DNA of 63,886 bases, the filler included, from Nanobdellota archaeon (lineage in GTDB: Archaea; Nanobdellota; Nanobdellia; Woesearchaeales; CAZZGN01), in the NCBI GenBank assembly GCA_051819665.1. It is 4 parts of 4 records of this genome, joined end to end, with 100 filler letters (N's around TTAATTAATTAA, not from the genome) between each part and the next. Parts side by side here need not be neighbours in the genome. Positions count along the whole stretch, not along the records: positions 37,947 to 56,269 come from JBNJDG010000019.1; positions 56,370 to 63,886 come from JBNJDG010000045.1; 2 more parts are not named here. The stretch is one strand, 5' to 3'. Both the position numbers and the translations under genes were made by a program. A model generated the notes under the pieces. That model was not told the origin of the DNA. It saw only the letters and a list, made by a program, of their open reading frames with translations, and did not search any database. Shown here in pieces: positions 48,114 through 57,965 of this stretch; position 1 is the stretch's first letter, and each line of letters begins with the position of its first letter.

Positions 48114-51100
48114 CTATAATATTCCTATTCCCAATAATATGAGTATTGAAACCAATAATCCGAAAATAGCATAAGTCTCAGGGATCACTGACAATACGAG
48201 TGACTTGCCCATCGACTTTGCTGACCTCAACAGAGCACCTATGCTGTTCGCTGAGACCAGACCCTGCCCGACTGCTGATATCGCGGAAAGTCCTATGGCA
48301 AGACCTACACCTATACCCCCTATTCCCTGTGTTATCGATATACCTGACTGGATAGTACCCATAAGACCCACACCCGTAAGCATCAGTATGGCCACGATTG
48401 TTCCATAAAGGGCCTGTGTCTCAGGAAGCACTGAGTAGAGTATCGATTTACCGAACATCTTCTCATTATCACTCACACTCGCCACACCTGAAGAGGAAGC
48501 GATTCCCTGTCCTATAGCCGAAAGTCCGGCCAATCCGACTGCAAGGCCTGCGCCTATGCCCACAAGACCTACTGATACATCAAGACCCGGAGCGAACTCT
48601 CCCAGGATGCCTCCTCCTATCAGGAGAAGAACCGCGACAAGGAAACCGTAAAGAGCCTGTGTCTCAGGAAGTACTGAAAAGAGTATGCCCTTACCGAACA
48701 TCTTGCTTTTCCTCGTAACTACAGATATCCCCGAACCGGATACTATACCCTGACCTATTGCCGAGACTGCCGAGAATCCGACTGCAAGAGCCGCACCCAC
48801 AGCAACCAAGGATACAGGAACGGTCAGGCCTGGCTTGAGGGTCCCTATAAGACCTCCGCCTACAAGCAGGAGGACTGATATCAGGAAACCATAAAGAGCC
48901 TGGGTTTCAGGAAGTACTGAGAATAATATGGATTTACCGAACATCTTGGAATTCTTTACTATACTACCAATCCCCGATGAAGAGGCAATACCCTGGCCGA
49001 ACGCACTTATGCCCGCAAGGCCTACTGCAAGGCCGACTCCCAATGCCAGTACACCTGTAGCATTAGTAAGGCCCATCTTTAATCCACCCATCAGGCCTGA
49101 ACCGATGAGGAGAAGCACCGCTATCAGGAAACCATAAAGAGCCTGGGTCTCAGGAAGCACTGAGAATAATATCGATTTACCGAAGGATTTCTCCTGCTCG
49201 GATGTGGCACCTATCCCTGAGGATGAGGCTATACCCTGACCGAGACCCGAGACAGCAGCAATGCCCACTGCAAGCGAAGAGCCGATGGCAATTATACCAG
49301 CTGCAGTATTTATGCCTGCCTGCACGCCTCCGATTATACCTCCGCCTATCATAATAAGAACAGATATGAGGAAACCATAAAGAGCCTGAGTCTCTGGAAG
49401 GACTGAAAATAATATAGATTTACCGAACATCTTCGGTTTTTTCATGGCCGCGCCAATACCAGAGGAAGAAGCTATACCCTGGCCGATAGCGCTTACTCCG
49501 GCAAGACCTACAGCAAGACCTGCACCGAGGGAAACAAGACCGAAAGATAAGTTCAAGTCAGCCTTGACAGCACCTATAAGGCCTCCGCCGACCATCAGGA
49601 GGATGGAGACAAGAAAGCCATAAAGAGCCTGCGTCTCAGGAAGGACTGAGAACAATATGGATTTACCGAACATCTTGGAATCCTCTGAAGCTGCCCTCAC
49701 ACCTGAAGCAGAAGCGATACCCTGACCTATAGCGCTCACCGCAGCCAGACCTACTGCCAATCCAGCACCTATGGCCACGACTCCCGCTGCTGCAGTCAAG
49801 CCAGACTGTGTCGTCCCTATAAGACCTCCGCCGACCATCAGGAGGATAGATATCAGGAAACCGTACAATGCCTGGGTCTGCGGGAGAACTGAAAAGAGGA
49901 GGGATTTACCGAACATCTTCGGGTTCTTGGTAACAGCACCTATGCTGCTGTTGATGACACTTCCCTGGCCAACTGCTGATATCCCTGCAAGTCCTACCGC
50001 AAGGCCCGCACCTACAGCGACGAGAGCCATCGGGATCGTAAGCCCTGCCTGTACGGCACCTATTATACCAGAGCCGATCATCAACAGGATTCCTATAAGG
50101 AAACCCATCAGTGCCTGCGTTTCAGGTATTATAGAGAAGATTATGCTCTTTCCGAACATCTCTTTCTTCTCCTTGGTCGCAGAGATACCGGATGCGGCTG
50201 ACATACCCTGACCTATAGCTGAGATGGCCGAGATACCCACCGCAAGGGATGAACCCAACCCTATTATTCCAATCGGTGTAGTGATCCCTGTCTTGACAGC
50301 ACCCAGTATTCCACCACCCACAAGCAGAAGGACTGCTATGAGGAAGCCGTATAAAGCCTGGGTCTCAGGAAGGACAGAGAATAATACAGATTTACCGAAA
50401 AGCTTGTCATCCTCTGCAACTGAAGAAATACCTGAGGAGCATGTGATGCCCTGACCAACTGCAGAGACTCCTGCAAGTCCTACTACAAGACCTGCTGAGA
50501 TAGCGAATATGCTTACCGGCATAGAGGTTATGGAAGAAGTCCCGCCAAGGACCCCAAAGCCAATAAGGATAAGGACCGAGATAATGAATCCGTATAAAGC
50601 CTGCGTCTCGGGGAGGACAGAGAATATTATGGATTTACCGAACACTTTACTCCGGTCAAGTACAGCGCCTATTCCACCTGCCGAAGCTATACCCTGGCCT
50701 ATAGCACTTATGCCTGCTATGCCTACTGCAAGGCCTGCGCCTACCGTGGCCCAGCCCATGATCATGCTCACATCAGCACCAGAACCTCCAAAGAGACCAG
50801 TGCCTATCATTATCAGGATGGAGATTATGAAACCGTATAAGGCCTGGGTCTCAGGAAGGACTGAGAATAATATGGATTTACCGAACATCTTCTTCTCTTC
50901 CGCAACCGCACCTATGCCGCCTGCCGAAGCTATACCCTGGCCTATAGCACTCACACCTGCTGCTCCTACCGCAACACCTGCTCCAAGAGCTCCGAGGCCC
51001 TGTGCAAGGGTTACCGGATCGCCTCCGCCGATCACTCCTGCACCGAGGAGTATGAGAATGGCAATAAGGAATCCATAGATCCCCTGTGTCTGTGGCAATG

Positions 51101-51416
51101 CCTGGAACAATAATGATGTTGAGAAATTCTTCGAGTTTTCTGAGACTGATTTAGCACCTGCAGCGCCGGTGATGCCTGCTCCAAAAGCAGAAGCAATGCC
51201 TGATGCACCCACAGCTATAGCTGCACCGATTATGGCCAGACTCGTTCCTGTCGGCTCGAAACCAAATATGCTTGCGCCGGACGAAGCCGCAGCAGCCGTC
51301 TGGTTGGCTGTCTCATTGAGAGTAGCGTTTATAGTATGTGTCCCCTTCTCAGAAAGGAGAGCAAAACTCTCTGATGCCTTCTGCTGTATCATCTCTACCT
51401 GCATTGGCCCTATCAT
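48114..51416 (-). CDS. atpK: A/V-type ATP synthase proteolipid K/c with 13 fused hairpins
   Basis: 13 ~80-aa repeats (SAIGQG ... FGKS..FSVLP[E/Q]TQALYGF); located between subunits I and E. Confidence 0.93.
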   Translation of the reverse strand: MIGPMQVEMIQQKASESFALLSEKGTHTINATLNETANQTAAAASSGASIFGFEPTGTSLAIIGAAIAVGASGIASAFGAGITGAAGAKSVSENSKNFSTSLLFQALPQTQGIYGFLIAILILLGAGVIGGGDPVTLAQGLGALGAGVAVGAAGVSAIGQGIASAGGIGAVAEEKKMFGKSILFSVLPETQALYGFIISILIMIGTGLFGGSGADVSMIMGWATVGAGLAVGIAGISAIGQGIASAGGIGAVLDRSKVFGKSIIFSVLPETQALYGFIISVLILIGFGVLGGTSSITSMPVSIFAISAGLVVGLAGVSAVGQGITCSSGISSVAEDDKLFGKSVLFSVLPETQALYGFLIAVLLLVGGGILGAVKTGITTPIGIIGLGSSLAVGISAISAIGQGMSAASGISATKEKKEMFGKSIIFSIIPETQALMGFLIGILLMIGSGIIGAVQAGLTIPMALVAVGAGLAVGLAGISAVGQGSVINSSIGAVTKNPKMFGKSLLFSVLPQTQALYGFLISILLMVGGGLIGTTQSGLTAAAGVVAIGAGLAVGLAAVSAIGQGIASASGVRAASEDSKMFGKSILFSVLPETQALYGFLVSILLMVGGGLIGAVKADLNLSFGLVSLGAGLAVGLAGVSAIGQGIASSSGIGAAMKKPKMFGKSILFSVLPETQALYGFLISVLIMIGGGIIGGVQAGINTAAGIIAIGSSLAVGIAAVSGLGQGIASSSGIGATSEQEKSFGKSILFSVLPETQALYGFLIAVLLLIGSGLMGGLKMGLTNATGVLALGVGLAVGLAGISAFGQGIASSSGIGSIVKNSKMFGKSILFSVLPETQALYGFLISVLLLVGGGLIGTLKPGLTVPVSLVAVGAALAVGFSAVSAIGQGIVSGSGISVVTRKSKMFGKGILFSVLPETQALYGFLVAVLLLIGGGILGEFAPGLDVSVGLVGIGAGLAVGLAGLSAIGQGIASSSGVASVSDNEKMFGKSILYSVLPETQALYGTIVAILMLTGVGLMGTIQSGISITQGIGGIGVGLAIGLSAISAVGQGLVSANSIGALLRSAKSMGKSLVLSVIPETYAIFGLLVSILILLGIGIL

Positions 51417-53359
51417 CTCTTCTGCACCTCTTCAGTATAAACTCTCTCTTCCCTGAAAGGCTCGAACCTGTCTCCTCCCCCTTCATAGAACTTCCCGAAG
51501 AACTCCACGAACTGGAGCCTTATCGAATGCACGAAACTTCCGAGTGCATTCATGGCGAAGGAGAACATATGACCGCCCAGGAACACAAGTATGCCCGCCA
51601 CAATCCCTACTCCATAGGGTATGGGCCAGAGAAGGTCAACAAGGAGATTGACCGTCATCGCTATACCTGCCGTGGACAGTGCGAGGGCGAAAAGCCTTGA
51701 ATAGGAGATCACATCACCCATGAAGCCGGTGATGTCAAGCAGCCCCAGAGGGCCTTTCATACCGACCACCATCACTACGCTGGCAATACCAAGTATCTTG
51801 CCTGTCATGTCCAATGCTCCCGAAATGGAAGGTATGTAAGACTGGAGGGCAAGAGCTGCCACCGCAAGCTGTATGGTCCACCATACGAGCCTCTCCGATA
51901 CGAATTTCTTGTACTGTTTCTTCCTGAAATCCTCAATCGCTCCGAGGATAAGGCCTATATTGACATGCACGAGGGCGACTATTATCGATATTATCAGGAA
52001 ATACAACGGCTCATTGAGCGGATCCTTCCAGATGGCAAGATCAGCTGTGTTAAGCCCTATGAGATATTTGGGCAGATCACCGAAATAAGAGCCCGTAAGG
52101 ATACCGAATATCATGGAGACTACGCCCATCCCGGCAATGATCGTGGTCATATCCTTGAGCCCCTTGTCGTATTTGCCGAAGAAAAGGCAAAGCAGAAGCC
52201 CCAGCAGGAAAAGACCGAGTCCGTAAATAAAATCAGTGAGCATGAAACCGGCAAAAAGGACGAACGCAGGACCTGTTATGAAAGTCGGGTCAAGATCCTT
52301 GTACCTCGGCGGGGAATAAAGCTCCGTGATGGTCTCGAGAGGCTTCAGCCATTTCTTGTTCTTCATCTTCACAGGCACCTGCTCATTACCTTCCTCAGCC
52401 TTCTCTGTGGTTATACCTATACCTTCTACGGATCTAAGGTCATCCAGCTTAGAGACAGGGACCCATCCCTGCATCATGAAGAAATCCGAGCTCTCTCTCA
52501 TATTATTTACAGCTTCTGATCTCTCCTTAACCAGTTCAAGCTCTTCCCTTAAAGCCACTGATCTTGCATATATGCCCTTCCGGACTTTCTTTATCTCTTT
52601 CAGAGCCTCCGACATCTCATCGTCACATTCAGAGACTTTTCTATCGAGATAGGCTTTAGCATCCTCTTCCCTGACATCAGGGATCTGTATGGAATGAAGC
52701 CCGTTATTCTTCATTATGAAATTAGCCTTATCTCTGGAATCATTGAATACCGCTACAGCCAGGATCCTGTACTTCTTATCATATTCTGCCGATTCGATAG
52801 CATAATCCCCTATCTCCGAATCGAGCTGCTCCTTCATCTCCTCAAATCTATGGGAAAGGATCGTGCCAGTGATAAAGGAAAGGTTCTCTATCTCATTAAC
52901 AGTCTTTATAGGTATCCCTAATGCTCCCAGCTGCTTTACGGCAGAGATCTTCTCCTTAAGCTGCTCCTTCCTCTCTTCAGCGGAAGTATACTTGGCCTCG
53001 AGGTCCAGAAGGGTCTTCTCATTCTTATCAAGGAATCCCTCGGCATCCTTCATGACCTCATCATCGGACATTGATTTAACTTCCTTCTTATCAGGAAGGT
53101 CAAAGCCGAACATCTTCTGGGAGAAAGTGAGCTTCATTGAAGGCATCTTCTGTATGTTCACCAACCGGCTCATCCGGAGAAGGCAGTCAGAAGTCTCCTT
53201 GTGTTTCTCACCCAGGTCAGCATGAGCTATATCAATATCCTGGGACTTCATGTCTATCAACTGCATGACCCCCTTCTTATGAAGATCAGAGATCACCCTG
53301 TCCCTGTCCTCCCTGAGTGCAAATATGTTTGTTTTAAGAATCGTTTCTGACCGCGACAT
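51413..53359 (-). CDS. atpI: A/V-type ATP synthase subunit I (a)
   Basis: QGWVP, DLDPT, DVISYSRLFAL (essential Arg), HSIRLQFVEFFGKFY. Confidence 0.95.
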   Translation of the reverse strand: MSRSETILKTNIFALREDRDRVISDLHKKGVMQLIDMKSQDIDIAHADLGEKHKETSDCLLRMSRLVNIQKMPSMKLTFSQKMFGFDLPDKKEVKSMSDDEVMKDAEGFLDKNEKTLLDLEAKYTSAEERKEQLKEKISAVKQLGALGIPIKTVNEIENLSFITGTILSHRFEEMKEQLDSEIGDYAIESAEYDKKYRILAVAVFNDSRDKANFIMKNNGLHSIQIPDVREEDAKAYLDRKVSECDDEMSEALKEIKKVRKGIYARSVALREELELVKERSEAVNNMRESSDFFMMQGWVPVSKLDDLRSVEGIGITTEKAEEGNEQVPVKMKNKKWLKPLETITELYSPPRYKDLDPTFITGPAFVLFAGFMLTDFIYGLGLFLLGLLLCLFFGKYDKGLKDMTTIIAGMGVVSMIFGILTGSYFGDLPKYLIGLNTADLAIWKDPLNEPLYFLIISIIVALVHVNIGLILGAIEDFRKKQYKKFVSERLVWWTIQLAVAALALQSYIPSISGALDMTGKILGIASVVMVVGMKGPLGLLDITGFMGDVISYSRLFALALSTAGIAMTVNLLVDLLWPIPYGVGIVAGILVFLGGHMFSFAMNALGSFVHSIRLQFVEFFGKFYEGGGDRFEPFREERVYTEEVQKR

Positions 53360-53363
53360 TTGT

Positions 53364-53672
53364 TCACCCTAATAATGCATCTATTGCTGCTTCCACGGCT
53401 TTCTCTTTATTCTTCTCAGCCTTTTTCTTTAATCCAGAGACTTCCTTTTCATTCTGGTCCTTTATCTCAGTCGTCCTTTGCCGGATATTCTTCTTCGCTG
53501 TCTCCATCTGCTCTTCACGGAAGGTCTTGGCCTTCTCACGGGCCTCCTTCATCATAGAATCAATCTTGCCTTCCTCTTTATCGATTATTTCCTGTGAATC
53601 TTTCTTAGCTTTCTCTACTTTCTCCCTGGCCTTCTGCTCTGCGTCTTTCAGCTCTTCTAGTTCCTGTTTCAT
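53364..53672 (-). CDS. atpH: A/V-type ATP synthase subunit H/G (peripheral stalk)
   Basis: Charged coiled coil LKDAEQKA...; first gene of the operon. Confidence 0.82.
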   Translation of the reverse strand: MKQELEELKDAEQKAREKVEKAKKDSQEIIDKEEGKIDSMMKEAREKAKTFREEQMETAKKNIRQRTTEIKDQNEKEVSGLKKKAEKNKEKAVEAAIDALLG

Positions 53673-53745
53673 CTGACCACCTCAGCCCGCTGTTGTGAAT
53701 CACGGGTGACATATAAATATATGTTACTTGGTCTACATAATCTAT

Positions 53746-54606
53746 TTAGATTTTCTTTGAGATAGACCAATTCATCAGGACCTCGGACATGGATTCCAAG
53801 GCCGCCTTTACCCTCACCTTATGATAACTATCAGACCCCTTGACCTCCTGGTAAGGGACATCATTAACCTTCTTAGTATATTCCAAAACATCGTCATAAT
53901 CGAACTTCTTCCCGAAAAGAGAATCCAGATGACCTATCACTTTCTCCGTCTTATCCATATACTTCTCTTCTGAAGAGGGTATCTCCTTCAGATGGTCGAC
54001 AAGCCTCTCGAGATCCTTAGATATGAAGCCTATATAATGGACTTCTATTATCTTATACTTGCTGGATTTATTATGGGTCAGCATACCTATGACAGATTTG
54101 CTTATATGCATATGGCTCCTGTCGATCTCCTCCTCATACCTCTCGATAAGCTCCCTGTTATAGTTCTTCATCATCACATAAAGGAGGTTCTTTATCTTCT
54201 TGATCATCGTCTTTAGGAGAGAGAAGGGATCATCCACCGTGAAAGAGCTCTCGCACATTATATGCTTTCCGTCAAACTCCACAAGCTCTACGCTCAGAAG
54301 CTTCTTCTGCAGCAGGAGCCTGGATATGTCAAGTTCTTTCTCGAGGTTTATAGAGAAAGACTTCAGAGGATTCACATAGCATGCCACTATAAGCTTGTTT
54401 ATGTTCTTCTGGTCCTTACTTGATATGTCAAGCTCTATCTGTTTAAGTTCTTTCTCTTTTATATCCGGACTGACCACCAGAGAACCATCATTGGACTGGG
54501 AGGTCTTCACCTTAGAACCCGAGTTGATCCCGAATTGCTTGCACCAGTTCGTGGGCAGGTAGACATAGAGCATACTGCCCGTCTTCTGCACATTACGTAT
54601 ATCCAT
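53746..54606 (-). CDS. AbrB-PhoU family regulator (archaeal phosphate-uptake regulator-like)
   Basis: RNVQKTGS...LP.NW AbrB N-terminus; EEEIDR and LERLVDH PhoU-like motifs. Confidence 0.82.
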   Translation of the reverse strand: MDIRNVQKTGSMLYVYLPTNWCKQFGINSGSKVKTSQSNDGSLVVSPDIKEKELKQIELDISSKDQKNINKLIVACYVNPLKSFSINLEKELDISRLLLQKKLLSVELVEFDGKHIMCESSFTVDDPFSLLKTMIKKIKNLLYVMMKNYNRELIERYEEEIDRSHMHISKSVIGMLTHNKSSKYKIIEVHYIGFISKDLERLVDHLKEIPSSEEKYMDKTEKVIGHLDSLFGKKFDYDDVLEYTKKVNDVPYQEVKGSDSYHKVRVKAALESMSEVLMNWSISKKI

Positions 54607-54632
54607 TCCGCAGGGAGGTATTTAGTGACTAT

Positions 54633-55643
54633 TTATATATCTTTGGTTATAACCCTGGCCTTCGAAACATTATCCCCGGAGATAAGTTCCAGATTGAATG
54701 CAAGATTATCCTCTTCAGGAAGGGGAGCTCCGAGAGACATAATGACCTTAGTATCTTTCATCTTGCTACAGAAAGCAGGTACCATCCCACCTTTCTCCAT
54801 CCCCAGGCTGTCCAGTAGCTGACAGGATGTCTCATCACCGGCTTCGCAGGAAGATAAGAGCGAATTGCATTTATTGGAACTCTCTGCTGTGAATGAGGCA
54901 GGATAATGGGTTCCCCCTATGAATATCCCCACATGGTCAAACTCATCAAAGGCCCCGGTATACTCAAGCTCTTTTCCTTTTCTTTTATAATTCCCCGCAA
55001 TAAGCTCAACCCTCTTCCCGGAGACAGAAATATCCTTGATGTTAATGTTAGGAGAGAGAGCAAAATCCCCATAACCAGCTATCAGGTAAGTATTTCTCCT
55101 CTCTATCACCTTCAGATCAAGCCTGCCGAGATAAGTCTCTCCTGAGAATACCTTGAAGCTGAACCTATGGACTGGCGTATCACTTGCAGGATGTGTCTTT
55201 TCAATGACCTTTTTCTCCAGCGGTCTGAAATCTACACCACTATAACCGTCAAAGAAAGAGATGAACTTAGAAGGCTCTACTTCAGAATCGTATATCCCCC
55301 TCTCCACCAGGAGAGATGACATCCTTTCCTGATCCAATTCATTCACAGCTTTGCCAAGGCCATAGGCCATATCATCTATCGAGGAAGACCCATCGGGCGT
55401 GCTGAAAAGGATGAACAGCAAAGGAAGGAGAATTATTGTCGAGAATATGAGGACCTTGAGGAAATTCGCCCTGAAAAATATAGCGAATGGATTCTTCATG
55501 CCTACCGAGGTAAGATGATTTACTGCCCTCTTCACCTCTTCCTCCCCATAACCCATCTTCAGGAGATCATCTATAAGAACATGTAAGCCGTGTTTCTTGT
55601 GATGTTTACGAAGGTATTGTATGATCCTCTTATGATTGGACAT
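54633..55643 (-). CDS. Hypothetical single-pass membrane protein
   Basis: 336-aa ORF with one TM segment; N-terminal LLKMGY.EEEV helical domain. Confidence 0.7.
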   Translation of the reverse strand: MSNHKRIIQYLRKHHKKHGLHVLIDDLLKMGYGEEEVKRAVNHLTSVGMKNPFAIFFRANFLKVLIFSTIILLPLLFILFSTPDGSSSIDDMAYGLGKAVNELDQERMSSLLVERGIYDSEVEPSKFISFFDGYSGVDFRPLEKKVIEKTHPASDTPVHRFSFKVFSGETYLGRLDLKVIERRNTYLIAGYGDFALSPNINIKDISVSGKRVELIAGNYKRKGKELEYTGAFDEFDHVGIFIGGTHYPASFTAESSNKCNSLLSSCEAGDETSCQLLDSLGMEKGGMVPAFCSKMKDTKVIMSLGAPLPEEDNLAFNLELISGDNVSKARVITKDI

Positions 55644-55738
55644 TAAGATGAAAATTTATCTTCCTGTTTAAAAAGATTTTGTCTTACCGCGAGGGTAGAT
55701 ATTTCTTATAATCTCTCTTTCAAGCTTTTTATTATTCC

Positions 55739-56129
55739 TTAAAATTCAAGTTCATTCCGAAGAAGATAATCCTTACTCACATTATAACCCCTATAATTAA
55801 TCTCGTTCCTTACCTTTCTAAGTTCATTTATTTTTTTGTATCTCAAATTCAAAGTCAACCATATTCTCTTCGAGATAAGATATAAGGCATAAGTGATTTG
55901 TACAATTATAACCTGCTTTATAGAGATGTGCAAATATTAACTCTTTGATAATGTCATAATAGGCTTCTACTTTCAAAGAGACGAATTTATCCTGAACATC
56001 CTTATCCCAAAACTCAAGACGTAGGTCCGCTACAGAAACCATGTGCTCTGATCTTTCAATGTCAGGCAAAGTCTTCTTTATTATGCCTTTCTCTATACAT
56101 TCCCTCCAGCCCATCTTGTTTGCCATCAT
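55739..56129 (-). pseudogene. HEPN-like gene split by a frameshift in a 7-nt homopolymer
   Basis: EAYYDIIKELI...NHLCLISYL ends at CAA AAA AAT AAA TGA; the other frame continues INELRKVRNEINYRG. Confidence 0.7.
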
Positions 56130-56269
56130 TCCACCTTAATAAAACCATATAGTAAAACACCATTTATTATATTATTCCTAAGTTTATCGGAAAGATCATT
56201 TATATCAGGTTCAAATAAAAGATTTATTTTTTTCCCTAATTTTTCCTCATAAAATTTTAGATCAACTGA
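56126..56269 (-). CDS. C-terminal fragment of an MNT nucleotidyltransferase
   Basis: ...EEKLGKKINL...LRNNIINGVLLYGFIKVE*, directly upstream of the HEPN-like gene. Confidence 0.65.
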   Translation of the reverse strand, partial: SVDLKFYEEKLGKKINLLFEPDINDLSDKLRNNIINGVLLYGFIKVE

Positions 56270-56369
56270 NNNNNNNNNNNNNNNNNNNNNNNNNNNNNNN
56301 NNNNNNNNNNNNNTTAATTAATTAANNNNNNNNNNNNNNNNNNNNNNNNNNNNNNNNNNNNNNNNNNNN
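56270..56369. other. Assembly gap with artificial linker
   Basis: N run plus TTAATTAATTAA at 56314-56325. Confidence 0.95.
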
Positions 56370-56408
56370 TCCAATAAATTTTTATTCAGAAGAATCCAAT
56401 ACAATATT

Positions 56409-56960
56409 ATGGACTTAGTCAACCTATCAAAAGAGTTAATGCATAAGCAGACTCAAGAGAATAAAGCACCTGCCTGGTCATTAACAGAACTTGCAGTAAA
56501 GAAGGGAAAGGAATTATCCAGAAAACACGGAGTTAAGGAAAGACTGGTCCTGGCTTCTTTATATCTCGCCCATACAGTCTTCAGCCCGACATGGAAAGGA
56601 GAGATACAGAAGAACCATCCCAAACTCAGCTCTGAATTTGCAAAAAGATATCTGGATGAATGGGGTGTTGATAAGAATGAGCAAGAGATGATCCTGAACG
56701 CTATTGAAGCTCACCATAACAAAATCCCTGCAAGATCAAAAGTTGCAGAAGTCGTGAAAAATGCTGAATGTTTCAAGTTCGTTACTGTTGAAGGCAGTCT
56801 TGTCTGGCTTCATGAACTAGGCAAAAGGCAGGTCCCCTTTGGAGAAGCAGTTGATAAGGTCATCCAGAAGATGGAACAGAAGAAGAGCCTGCTTACTTTA
56901 GATGATTGTATTAAAGAGGCAGAGGAGAATTGTAATAAGATCAGGGAACTGTTCTCATGA
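56409..56960 (+). CDS. HD-fold-like hypothetical protein (degenerate)
   Basis: YLAHT, NHPKLS, AIEAHH, VKNAEC pattern; canonical HD Asp absent. Confidence 0.6.
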   Translation: MDLVNLSKELMHKQTQENKAPAWSLTELAVKKGKELSRKHGVKERLVLASLYLAHTVFSPTWKGEIQKNHPKLSSEFAKRYLDEWGVDKNEQEMILNAIEAHHNKIPARSKVAEVVKNAECFKFVTVEGSLVWLHELGKRQVPFGEAVDKVIQKMEQKKSLLTLDDCIKEAEENCNKIRELFS

Positions 56961-56985
56961 TTAATGAGATGAAAGTCTAAAAAGT

Positions 56986-57507
56986 TCACATGCTCTCAAG
57001 CGCTTCTTCCAGGACCTGCTCTGGATCCTTATCATCTATATCAATCACTTCCTCATCCTGAATTTTCCTTGAATAGACCCTGTCATAAAGCTCGCTGAGC
57101 TCTTCTTCAGGATTGACCATCGGCCTCAAAGTGTTCATCTCTCTTATCTTATCCCAGCTCCCTTTCAAAAGTATCCGGCGGATCTCTGCATTGTATTGTT
57201 GTCCCAGACCCAGAACCTTCTTTACATCTGTTGATTCATCCTTATCCTTCCTTTCCCATACATCTTCAGTGATCACAGTATATCCTGCTTTAAGATAATT
57301 CTCCAGAGCATAAAGATAATTATCAAATGAGATAGAAAAATCTTCTTTATCCCTGTCCTCATGTGCAGTCATTATCCACCTGAATTCATCAGCGATCAGC
57401 AGAGCTATCTTCCCGTTCATCTTTTCAGTCAGATTCCTGGCTAAAGTGCTTTTACCTGAAGCTGGAGAGCCCCTGATTATGATCAACTTCGGTTTCATAA
57501 GGCTCAT
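56986..57507 (-). CDS. P-loop kinase (AAA_33-like)
   Basis: LIIIRGSPASGKSTLA, DEFR, GYTVITED. Confidence 0.85.
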   Translation of the reverse strand: MSLMKPKLIIIRGSPASGKSTLARNLTEKMNGKIALLIADEFRWIMTAHEDRDKEDFSISFDNYLYALENYLKAGYTVITEDVWERKDKDESTDVKKVLGLGQQYNAEIRRILLKGSWDKIREMNTLRPMVNPEEELSELYDRVYSRKIQDEEVIDIDDKDPEQVLEEALESM

Positions 57508-57653
57508 AGAATGTAAAAAGAATATAAATATTTTGTCGATGTAAAAAAGGCCTGAAAAACTACAAATAAAATCACAAAAAAGCATATATTTGAGAGTATT
57601 TTAATCAGCAAAATAATTTAAATGATTGCATATGAAATTAATCAGGTGAGATA

Positions 57654-57959
57654 ATGAACATAAAAGAAGGACAGGATCTTGTCTACGAACATCTGAAAGA
57701 GGTAGGTTACACAAAAAGCGAGACCAAACCTGAACATGCGTTCCTTCATCTTGCGGAGGAAGTAGGCGAGGTTTCAAGGACAATGCTTCATAAAGGCACA
57801 AAGAGAGGTGATTTTTCAAACACGACAGATGTTGGCAATATGGAAGATGAGATTGCAGACATACTCTGGCAGACGATGAAACTGGCATCATACCTTGACA
57901 TAGATCTTGAGAAAGCATTCAAAGAAAAACTCGAGAAGAACAGGAACAAGAACAAGTGA
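57654..57959 (+). CDS. MazG-like NTP pyrophosphohydrolase
   Basis: LAEEVGEV...EDEIADIL...IDLEKAF; SD AGGTGA. Confidence 0.9.
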   Translation: MNIKEGQDLVYEHLKEVGYTKSETKPEHAFLHLAEEVGEVSRTMLHKGTKRGDFSNTTDVGNMEDEIADILWQTMKLASYLDIDLEKAFKEKLEKNRNKNK

Positions 57960-57965
57960 ATAATC

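Noticed and set aside
48114..51250. ~240-nt periodic DNA repeats (GATTTACCGAACATC..., GTCTCAGGAAG) as a CRISPR array or assembly artefact
   Set aside because: They are coding repeats of AtpK in one open frame with synonymous and non-synonymous divergence; no spacer structure and no cas genes
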